NCBI GenBank assembly: GCA_951406725.2
Contig: OX597823.1
Span: 101,122,001 to 101,186,000 of the forward strand
From: Octopus vulgaris
Lineage: Eukaryota
Direction of reading: 5' to 3'
Length of the DNA stretch: 64,000 bases
The position numbers were made by a program, and so were the translations under genes. This document shows positions 43,050 to 53,580 of this stretch, piece by piece. The notes beneath the pieces were generated by a model, which was not told the DNA's origin, did not search any database, and saw only the letters and a list, made by a program, of their open reading frames with translations. How positions within the stretch are numbered: position 1 is the stretch's first letter; the number at the start of each line of letters is the position of its first letter.

Positions 43050-45480
43050 GTCTACGCTCATTTCAGGAAACAAATTTCGTAGTAATTGCATCAGATTCAT
43101 TTTGTGTCATTTCTTTGTGACATACAAGATAATTTAATCATTCTTGTGTCTTTAATCGTTGTAACAAGACATATCTTTAATCATTTTATTTGAGAACATG
43201 TCCTCTCAGCTGTAGTAGATATAGAATTATTCGTATAAAAGCTGGCAAATTGTTCAAATCTCTGATTTTAGGTGGTTACCATTGACTATACTTTCCTTTG
43301 TCAGCCAATACAAAATTCAAATGCCGGAAATTGAATTATCAAAGAATTAATGTCAATGTCATGGGTATATATTTTCTAAATAGAATTTATTTCTGATGAG
43401 GTGCTGCTCTCTTTGTTGATTACCTTCAAAAGCAGAGTTTTCAGGCTTGTAACACGTTTGATCAAAATGTTTCTATGTAGAAGTAGGTATTATATTTATG
43501 ATATACACGTCTGTCTGTGGTGGTTTGGAGTTGTCGACGAGAATGCACGTTCGCTAATTGATACTTCGGTTTTTTAAAGGACCTTTTGCTTCTGTGGTAA
43601 AACAGGTTTTGAGACGAAATGGGACAAAATTTTTTTATCATAAAATGTGTCAAACGAATTTTCATATCTCACATCTTTCGAAACATCTTTAGTAATTTCA
43701 GCCATCTTCTTCCTATCTGTTGATGATATTTTAGCTTATAGTAATGATTTTGATGAATTGTCTATATGCAAAAATAAAGGTTGTCTTAAAGTAATATTTA
43801 GTTCAAAGAAAAAAAATCACATTTCCAATCATGCTTGATATTCAATTTACCTGGCTTGAAACATCGGTATCCGATTCTAACATTAAAGCGTTTCGCCAAT
43901 ATTTAGGTAGGCCCAAATAATTTTGTTGATCGTAATAATTTGTCGAAAGCAAGCAGCATATACTGTCTACCTAGTTGCACTGAAGTTAAGATGTCACCTA
44001 GTATCAATTTGCTTTCAAGCCTTTCTGTTTTTCTGATATTTATTTCCAAATTGCTGAGAAACTTCGACCTCATTGGTGAATACTAGGCTAGAGTAACAAC
44101 GTTACTGTAACTCATCTTGTACTTATTATACATTCTACTGTTGTGTCCTACACGATCAGCCTAAAAGAATGTGCTTGACAATGTGATGCTAAAGCTTTCG
44201 AAAGAAATCCTCCGAAACGCTGGGCTTCTTCAGGAGTGCTAGAGTGGCCAAAATCTGGAGTGACTAAATGCTTGGCCACTCATGATTTTTCACAAGCATG
44301 TTACTCGCTCCGTCCATGCATACTCCTTTCTCTACAGATGCATACACTTAGTTACTATCTTGTTAGTGCATCTACGACAGCTGAAGATAGAGTTGAATAG
44401 TTTATATCTGCCAAGAAATAAAAATCAAGAACTTTCTCATTGTCCTCAAGCATTGGTCGATTCAACGAATATTTAATGCAAATAATTCTTTATTCAATGT
44501 ATCATTATTTATTCGTCAGCAATAACAGGAGAAAATACTTGTGTTTATTTCTTCAAGTAAATCGTATAACAAAGTTTATTATTATAGAACAAAACTGATT
44601 TTGTATACGGTGATTCGGGCAGATATCTGTAACAGTTTTGTCAAGTAACCTCAGAGGATCGGCATCATATTTCCCTACGCTATATAAGTTAATGAATTCT
44701 TCAACAATTCTGTGCATGGCTTTTACGTTGATACTAAGGGAAGTTCAAATACTCGATTATTTTTTTATATGCATTTACTATTTGTTTGCATATGTTTTCT
44801 GGCAGCTTCATCTGATCATTCTTTAAAGTTATTACATTTAGGAATCAGCATTTTCAGTTGAACAGCAGAGTTGAGATATTCGGGGAGCTAATGTACATCA
44901 AAACACTGACGAGCATTTTTTAGAATTATAAAATCCTTCCATTAGAAACACCTTTTTTTTAAAATCTCTAATACGCTGCAATTTGGGATTTTGTTATATT
45001 TCACACAGAAAAATAATTTGCATAATCGCAGATCTAGTCATAATGAATAAAGTCAAAAGCAGCGAACCAAATTGATTGAAAAGAACGTTTTAAGTCGCCA
45101 AATACCCACTTGGGAAAATTGAGATTCATCGGTTAATGTGGGCGAGTAATTTAATCAAACAATTCCTTGTTTGATTATATTCATGTTGAATATGAAACTA
45201 TTAGAACAGGGACGACTTTACCAGAGTTTTACGATTGCAGTTGGTGTCAGTAATGAAGGAGCGTATGTACAGATTGGTTTGGGCCGAAAAAAAAATAGCA
45301 TCGTTTGTTGCTTGCTATCGTTGGATATATCTGAAATTGTTTTATAATGTTATTATTTTTCTTGTGGGTATTTGACATTTTGATTAATTACTAGCTTGCA
45401 TGTTAATGATTTCTGGCCGCTCAGACTTATAACAAATATCATGTATGAACACTTACGTATCAGATTTTGGAGTCTATTTA
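43050..45480 (-). mobile_element. Highly degenerate hAT-like transposase remnant (boundaries uncertain)
   Basis: Minus strand near 43130-43225 reads ..STTAERTCSQIK*LK..TQE*LNYL, resembling the hAT dimerisation motif AERSFSKLKLIK..QERLN.L. Confidence 0.4.
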
Positions 45481-45564
45481 GAATAAACAACTGGTTAATA
45501 ACTCGGTGTTTCTATACATGTGACAGTCATATTCTCCTTGGTTCTTCATAACAAATATCACGAT

Positions 45565-45752
45565 CACGTGACCGACCAGACCATCAGATGTTGCTACACA
45601 TCGCAGGGATCGCCACTACCCCCTGCCGGAGCCTCGTGGAGCTTTTAGGTGTTTTCGCTCAATAAACACACTCAACGCCCGGTCTGGGAATCGAAACCAC
45701 GATCCTACGATCGCGAGTCCGCTGCCCTAACCACTGGGCCATTGCGCCTCCC
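45565..45752 (-). mobile_element. tRNA-derived SINE (second family)
   Basis: Reverse complement GGAGGCGCAATGGCCCAGTGGTTAGGGCAGCGGACTCGCG...GGTTTCGATTCC; same head at 50278; tail matches 16700-16745. Confidence 0.75.
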
Positions 45753-46748
45753 ATAACAAATATATTTATTGAATATTGTAAACATGTTGAATAGAGACAT
45801 TTGTAATTATGATTTGTAAGAAATCATATTTCACATTACTTTCGGATTGATATGTCTCGTGAAAACGTATAGTGATCTACTCTAGAAATTGTAATTTTTT
45901 AAAATTCTGACTGTTACCTGTGTAATTTTGCACGTGATATTTTATGCTGTTCGGTATATTTGATGCTGTCATTTCCAATTCACCACTTCAGTTATTTTAA
46001 ATCATGAAAGCATTTTCTCCGCATAAAGAAATAAGTTAGGCATGAAAGGATTAATTGAAAGCAAAACAAATTACAGATTCTATCAGGAATAATTTTTTTA
46101 AAAAATGAAACAAAGTAGTTACCTGATGAACAAAACAGTGGAATCCTTGGAAACTAGTGACGTGCTGCATCGGCAAAAATTAATGCTCATATTTCAAATA
46201 GTGGGATTAATAATAAACGGACGAAGCAAAAACGTGATGCAATACATAAAAACGGCTTAAAAAAATTAGTACGCAAAATTTAATGACTGCATTTCACTCA
46301 CAAAGAAGGAAGAACAAGGCACCGATACAGAATCGCAACACTGCATTTAGCTCTGGGCATTGAAGCCTGGTACTTGCTAATGTGTCACGGAACATCTTCG
46401 GTGTTGGTCAAAAAGACAAGACTCCTATATCTTTTTGGCAGCTCAACCTTAGCTGTTGATAAATTGTCAAGTGGTGGTGAGGGTATAAACACAGACACAA
46501 AGACACTCTAATTTTGATGTTTTTAACTTGTCTTCCTACAGTTCATTAATCGAATTCATCACCAGTTTAGATAGACGTGAATCTGAAGTGGTCCAGCTGG
46601 ATGGTCACCTCGTAAAGAAGCGCTCTGAGCCTTTGTCTTACCTTTATAGTTTGGACTCATTCTTGTTTTAGTCCCTACGAATCTACTTACTTTTTTCTAT
46701 TGTTTCCAATGGTTTCTTTTCTTTCCCTAGCCTTCATGGAAACTGAAA

Positions 46749-46786
<38 letters not shown>

Positions 46787-46979
46787 CTTTGTGTCTGTGT
46801 TTGTACCCTCACCACCACTTGACAATTGGTGTTGCTGTGTTTACTTCCCCGTAACTTAGCAATTCGGCAATAGAGACCGATAGAATAAGTACCAGGCTTA
46901 ACGAGATAATTCGACTAAAAATTCTTTAAGGTGGTGCCCCAGCATGGCTGCAGTCTAATGACTGAAAAAAAGCAGAAAA

Positions 46980-49790
46980 TATAAACGTTTGTAAGCAACA
47001 ACTATAAAACAAACTGTATAACACTCTCATCAACAGCGGTCGCACTATATCTATGTCACAATGATAATCTCAAATGCCCATACTGCAACACTGAGCCTTA
47101 TTAGACATTTCAATCACCCAAAAGCACACAATGGCGACAGGGACATAAAACGAAGAATATACACTTTCCCCCAAAAATGTCAATTCAAAAAAATGTTTAA
47201 AGACCCAGAAAACCCAAAACCAGCAAAATCACAAATGCATCTAAAATGTTAAGGACCCGAAGGATCCCCTGTACACATTAACATCTACGATTTACACGTG
47301 TCAACACTTTCAAAACTCCAGAATCTGGAATCTGGTCAAAATAATAACAACTCTATCAGCCTAGTTGCATAGCTTAAAGAATTTTGGAATTATATCACTA
47401 ATCCACACATACTCCTCTGCAAATCACATGAAAAAAACTTCCCACATGTATTATTCGACATCATCAAAAGTTTTGACTTCATTTTCTCCACTCCATTCAT
47501 ACAAAAATTACTCAATACCACCTTAAAACAATAAAAAAACCTTAACAAACCACTTGCCAAACCGTCAAACCTAAAAAGTGCACAAAACTTCCCGGTAGAG
47601 TACGACAAGAATTCAAACTCTCACTAACTCTCCTACACAACCTTTCCAAACTCACCAAATTATACTGATAGCCTTATACGTAGTTGATATCACTCTCACA
47701 TCTTCCTAAAATTCTCCAGACACTGCGGTGCAATTACTCCCAGCGTACATAAACTAAACCCAGAAACTCGGCGCCACAGCAACCAACTTAAAGTAGAATC
47801 TGTCAGATATATTAATTTTCATCTTACCAACAACTCCCGAGGACATCAAATACAATCAAACATCATATGGAAATGCATAACCATATTACACATTCATATA
47901 TATGAATGCTAGATGCTAGTAGTTGTATGTAATTCCTTTACAACATTTAGAACGCATACAGAAAACAACAAGAAAGCAAAACACCATACACAGTCACCAA
48001 ATCTGGTCCAAAGAAAATAACGAGAATAATGTCTTACTGACACTAAATTACATCTATTATGGACTATAATACCTCTAAATGGGCCATCAATCAGTCTTCA
48101 ACATGTCTACTCAGTACTTAAAACAGTGCATTACGAATCATGACAGTCGTACATAAACCACACTCACAAACAAATTACGCTATGAAACGAAAATGATCAA
48201 AATGAAAGACACCTAGAAATGCTAGGAGCCAGTTCTTTTTTGACATAGCACGCGTCAGTCATAACAAGCCTTGCCACAATGCACAGAGAAATATTGGGTT
48301 GGCTACTAAGTTCCCGCGGTTTTTAAAAAAAAATTTGGAATCTATTTTTTTTTCGAGAATTCTATTTTTGAATCATTTTGGAATCTATTTTTTTTTCTAG
48401 TTAATTTTAGTTAATTTTTGTTTATTTTCAAATCATTAAAATGGAATGTCAAGTTAAGAAAACGAACATTTTCGACACCTCCTTCTTTTTGCTTTTAATC
48501 AAAGTTCTAAGGTCGCAAAAGCTGCTCGCGACATTTGTGCTGTGTATGGAGAGGATGTCATAGCTGAAAGAACCGCTCGTGATTGGTATGCCAAGTTCAA
48601 AAATGGAAATTTTAACCTCAAAGACGCACCTCGTTCTGGCCGTCAAATTGAGTTCGATGAAGAGCGTTTAAATTAACTTTTGCACGAAAATTCTCGTCAA
48701 ACGACAAGGGAACTGGCAGAGAAAATGGAATGCTATAGAGAAACATCTTCACTCGATGGGAAAGGTTCAGAAGTATGGAGCATGGGTTCCGCAGGCTTTA
48801 AGTGACAACAAAAATCAACGAGCCACAATCTCCGCTCGTTTGCTTGCTCATCACTGCTCAACTCAGGGACACAAGCAGCTATTTCTTTACCGAATCGTTA
48901 CTGGCGACGAAAAATGGTGCCTGTACATCAATATGAAGCAGCGTAAGAAATGGCTTAGCCCCGGTAAACAAGCGACACCGCGCGTGAAACAAGATCTTCA
49001 TCTGTGTAAAATGATGTTGTGCGGGTGGTGGGACTGGGAAGGGATTATCCATTACGAATTGCTTGAACGGAACCAAACGATCAACGCGGAACTCTATGTT
49101 CAATAGATGGAACGACTCAACACGACTATTCAAGAGAAAAGACCTAATCATCAGCATGGAGTTCTTCTGCAGCACGACAACGCCCGCCCTCATATCGCCA
49201 ATATGACCAAGGAAGCCATTCAAACGCATGGCTGAGAAGTGCTGCCATACCCGCCGTACTCTCCTGATTTGGCACCAACGGATTTCCACCTCTTTTGATC
49301 TCTTTCAAATGCTATGCGCGGAGTTTCGTTTAATACTGATACAGAATTGAGAGCTTGGTTAGATCAATTTTTCGAGTCGAAATCAGGTATTGAAAATCTT
49401 GTTGAACGTTGGGAAGAAGTTATAAACAACAAGGGTGAATACATTATTGATTAATTAGTTGTTGTTTTTTATTAAACCTTTTAAAAACTTTAAATTTTAA
49501 AAAACCGCGGGAACTTAGTTGCGAACCCAATAGTTTCAACATCAATAGTTTCATTAAACTCAAACAATTTGTTAGGATGTACACGACCTGAACTAAGTAC
49601 ACAAGAAGAATCACTATCGCGTTCTCGTCGAATCTACTTTGGCTGTGGTCACTACCATAATTTACGGGCATTCAGAAATGGACAAGTTAGTGAAGAGAGT
49701 ATAACATGTCCAGACCGTCAATGTTCACCCCATACGAGCAATCACTGCATGTCCAAGCATGAAGCATGGTTGTCAGTTAAATGAATGTAT
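46980..49790 (+). mobile_element. Degenerate non-LTR element interrupted by the mariner
   Basis: A/C-rich coding-like strand; right of the mariner it reads NNLLGCTRPELSTQEESLSRSRRI..GH; no intact ORF. Confidence 0.35.
48294..49530 (+). mobile_element. Full-length mariner (DD34D) transposon, inactivated
   Basis: TA duplication; ~30 bp TIRs TTGGGTTGGCTACTAAGTTCCCGCGGTTTT / AAAACCGCGGGAACTTAGTTGCGAACCCAA; WVP, VTGDEKW, HDNARPH and YSPDLAPTDFHLF, with stops and frameshifts. Confidence 0.95.
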
Positions 49791-50277
49791 GATACAATTG
49801 CGTTTCGTTGATGGACCGAATCTATGCTTGTTATAGGCAGACCAGGAGCGACACTGCAAAAACCTAATCTATTCAAATGAAATTAATTTTGCTTTCAGAA
49901 TAGTGTTTGATATAATAGTGTTTAAACAATTGCAATTAATTTCACACTTTATATCATTCCAATTAAAATTTCGTTTCAATTAATAAAAAACACAAAATCT
50001 ATTAAAGTCTCATGCTACATTGAACAATGTCTTAAAAACCGCCTTTAGCAACAGTTTTTCATGCTACATATATTAACTGCATCACTGTAATCACCAAACC
50101 TGCTAGAATTAGTTATCAAATCTCCCTCAAATCATACTTTACTGTTTTAGAAAAGGAAATACATTTGATAATGTCGTCCCAAATACAAAATGCCTGAAAA
50201 AAGAGAATGACTTTTATTAAAATTTTGCTCAATTAGGAATAAACTACAAGCACAAAGACGGCAACAGCAGCAGCTGT

Positions 50278-50460
50278 GGAGGCGCAATGGCCCAGTGGTT
50301 AGGGCAGCGGACTCGCGGTGTAAGAACGCGGTTTCGATTCCTAGACCAGGCATTGTGAGTGTTTATTGAGCAAAAACACCTGAGCTCCACGAGGCTCCGG
50401 CGTGGGGTGAGCCCCGCTGTACTCTTTCACCACAACTTTCTCTCACTCTTTCTTCCTACT
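50278..50460 (+). mobile_element. tRNA-derived SINE (same family as 45565-45752)
   Basis: GGAGGCGCAATGGCCCAGTGGTTAGGGCAGCGGACTCGCGG..GGTTTCGATTCC. Confidence 0.75.
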
Positions 50461-50929
50461 TCTGCCACAAAGCAGAGGAACCATGGTGTAACCCACTATG
50501 GCGTGGTAAACTTTCAGACCCTAGTCTAGATTGCGAATCCTCTGTACCCCAGGATGGTTCAGCTCTCCACCCGTTAAAAGCCACCGTTTACAGAATGAGG
50601 ATAACAACATAGCTTTTGCGCCCGTACAATCGCCAGTCTATCGAGTGTGGTGGGTGGATCTTCAAGTTGCCACACGCATTCTTAGAAGCTTAGAGTAGTC
50701 TCGAATTAGAGATTATTCTTTGTGGCTAATGGCGTGAGTCCTGAGTGGAAGTAGAAGAAGAAGAAGAAGAAGAAGAAGAAGAAGAAGAAGACAGCAGCAG
50801 CTTTCAGTGCCGAGCAACTTGTGTGGTCGCTTTTGCCTGCTGAAAATAACAGCCAAATCTCCTTTAAATCATACCCCGCGCACTTAAAAATAGAAAAACT
50901 AGTTTTCATAATATACCCTTAAATATACA

Positions 50930-51131
50930 ATACTCTTTACTCTTTTACTTGTTTCAGTCATTTGACTGCGGCCATGCTGGAGCACCGCCTTTAGTCGAGC
51001 AAATCGACCCCGGGACTTATTCTTTGTAAGCCCAGTACTTATTCTATCGGTCTCTTTTGCCGAACCGCTAAGTGACGGGGACGTAAACACACCAGCATCG
51101 GTTGTCAAGCAATGCTAGGGGGACAAAAACA

Positions 51132-51187
<56 letters not shown>

Positions 51188-51336
51188 CATATATACGACA
51201 GGCTTCTTTCAGTTTCCGTCTACCAAATCCACTCACAAGGCATTGGTCGGCCCGGGGCTATAGCAGAAGACACTTGCCCAAGATGCCAAGCAGTGGGACT
51301 GAACCCGGAACCATGTGGCTGGTTAGCAAGCTACTT
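50930..51336 (-). mobile_element. Well-preserved tRNA-derived SINE whose head is interrupted between the A and B boxes by the ORF1-only array
   Basis: Minus strand AAGTAGCTTGCTAACCAGCCACATGGTTCCGGGTTCAGTCCCACTG...GGGCAAGTGTCTTCTGCTATAGCCCCGG...(TA)(TG)n...GAAACAAGTAAAAGAGTAAAGAGTA; the A-box part seen in copies at 13060 and 26941 is absent. Confidence 0.85.
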
Positions 51337-53567
51337 TATTTCAAAACATTTGCCATAAAGGCAGTACACAGATTAAGTTAGCTTTGCGGGCTGGACGAGG
51401 ACATTAATGAGGTGAATGATAATGAAAGAAGGATGATAAGGATGGGAGAAGACAAAAAGCGCCCGCCGACTTTTGCTTCTCTAAAACATTGTTCTTTTTA
51501 AGGATAAACACAAAACGAGGTATTAAACCTCTTACAATTTTTCTAATTTTTGGACTTAGCAGTCCATTATTAATATAAAACGAGGTATTAATCCTCTTAC
51601 AATTTTTCAATTTTTGGACTTAAGTCCATTACTAATAATACATATCGTCCTCGAAATAGCTTGTGCCCGCGCCCTCCACCATCAACCACGCCTCCCTCAG
51701 AACGTAATCAAGTTCCGAGTTCGCGTCGCCCGGGACCAAGTTATAATCTTCATTGAGCTCCTTTAGCCCAAGCGTCACGTCGAACGCCACGGCCTCCACA
51801 GCTACCTGTGGAGGCCATTCGGGGTCCTGTGTGAAGGCTAAAGGTGCTCCCTTGTAGTGCTCTTCCATCACTTTTTCAATTTCTCCTCCTCTATAGAAGA
51901 GGACCAATACGTTCAGTTCTTTCGTTGGCGGCACAGTTCCCGCCAACGGTATTCCTTCTCTTGTCGGTGGCACAACCCCAACCGACGTAGTTCCGGGACA
52001 TTCCGGTGCTACACTGACAGCCGGTAATGTCCCGTTTTTCTTCCTCTTTTTCTTTTTTTCCCTTTTCAACTGAGGGAGGGTGCGTCTCCTCCGTGGCTGG
52101 AAGATTCGCCTTCCTCTCCTCATCCCTATTATCCTTTGGTGAGCACCCATTGTTGCTCACCTTCCTCTTTCGGCCTCTGTTTGAGGAGTCCTCTGCTTTC
52201 TCGGCCGTTATCGTTCCCTCTTCTAGAGGGGTTTTACTTAACTGATCCGGGATCCTATTTTGTTCCCGAGGACAGTTCTTCTTTATGTGGCCGGACTCCA
52301 AGCACCGATGACACTTAGGGGGGGGGCGACCCTCAAGCATCACCGGGTACCTGCACCCGGCCATTTTCAAAAAATCTGGAAGAACCAGATTGGCTGATTG
52401 GGTCCACAGGGTCAAAATTGCTTTTGACCCAACCCAAGCAGCCGCAGGAAGAACTTTTACATTGAGGAGCTTAGTTTCGCTGTCACCCAGACCCCGGCGG
52501 ATAGTCTCCTCTATCCACTCGGGTTCTATGTCGGGTGGCAATCCGCAGATCCAAGCTTTCATCAATTTCTTTTTTTTGTACGTGGGCAGGAATAAGATTT
52601 CCTTACCCTCCAGGAGTTTGCTAGCAAATTTGCAAGCCTCTTCAGGGGTGTCAAATAGCAACCACACCGTTGCATATTTGACACCCCTGGAAATGAATTT
52701 AATTGTTGGCAAATACTCTTCCAACTCCTCCTCAATTGCCGTCTTTTCGAATAGGGCGATGGTGTCGAGTGCCTTGGAGTAGGTTCTCAACACCACCGTC
52801 CTATCTTCACGGTCTTTTAACCACTTTTTAGGTGGTATGATTTCCCACTCCAAAATTTTGTTATTTTTCATTGCCATGTTTTTTTTTAAATATATTCAAA
52901 TTAAACTCAAAAAGCAGGAAGAAAAAAGTTCAAAAGTCCAAATAAAATTTGATAGATTTTTGAAAAAACAAAAAAGGAGAAAGCACAACAGAAGGGAAGA
53001 AATCAACGGAAAGTCGCAATAAAGAAAAAAAACAAAAGGGGGGGTTAAGTGAAGTTCAAAAGAAAGTTAATAAACAGAAAAAACACAGCAAAAATATTCT
53101 GGCCTTGCGGTACTCCCGGCCTGGGTTGAACCTGGAACGCCGCAACTGCAACACAACCTCCACAAAAATGGGTCCGAAAGGTAATCCAATAGTGGCTTAT
53201 TTTTATAATTTTCTTGCGAAGTAGTAGTTTTCACAATTCATAAAAGTTCTTCACAGCACAATACAATTCTCACAATTACGTGAGAAAACTATTTACTCAA
53301 TTTATCGAGGACAGATACGCCCCCCCCCAAATTTTCTCAGCGAGAAAAATATATTTGCCACATGTCGGCAGAATCAGAATTCTGAATCCAGTAGGACTTC
53401 CTGCCTGTAAAAAACAATTCTCAACAAAAACTCCCACTGGACCCAGAAAACAGAATCTTACCTTACATGGGGCTTCCAAAGTTTTCAATTTAAGACGGCT
53501 TCAATAGCACGTCTTCACCGCTTCAGTGCCAAACACAACACTGACTCGCACATGCGCAGAAGCAACC
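51335..53567 (-). mobile_element. ORF1-only element, unit A1 (divergent family-A variant, ~2.2 kb)
   Basis: Bounded by GTTAGCAAGCTAC at 51322-51334 and 53568-53580; ends in AATAAA; homologous leader and ORF to A2-A6. Confidence 0.85.
51632..52877 (-). pseudogene. L1/Tx1 ORF1-like protein (RRM-like + CCHC), one frameshift in the purine run near 52050
   Basis: KFISRGVKYATVWLLFDTPEEA, AWICGLPP, PVMLEGRPPPKCHRCLESGHIKKNCP; C-terminus in the 51632-52150 frame aligns with A2 (VSV..VG.VPP..L.Y..G.E.E..WPPQVA.E). Confidence 0.8.
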
Positions 53568-53580
53568 GTTAGCAAGCTAC

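Noticed and set aside
44185-44240. CTGAAGA...GAAAGCTT hammerhead-like core on the minus strand
   Set aside because: Stems I and II do not pair convincingly.
50278-50350. tRNA gene candidates here and at 45680-45752 and 30385-30460
   Set aside because: A/B boxes are present but continue into shared SINE bodies, with no proper acceptor stem or terminator.
52030-52075. Programmed frameshift in the A1 ORF
   Set aside because: Sister units A2 and A5 are continuous here; a homopolymer indel (mutation or sequencing error) is simpler.
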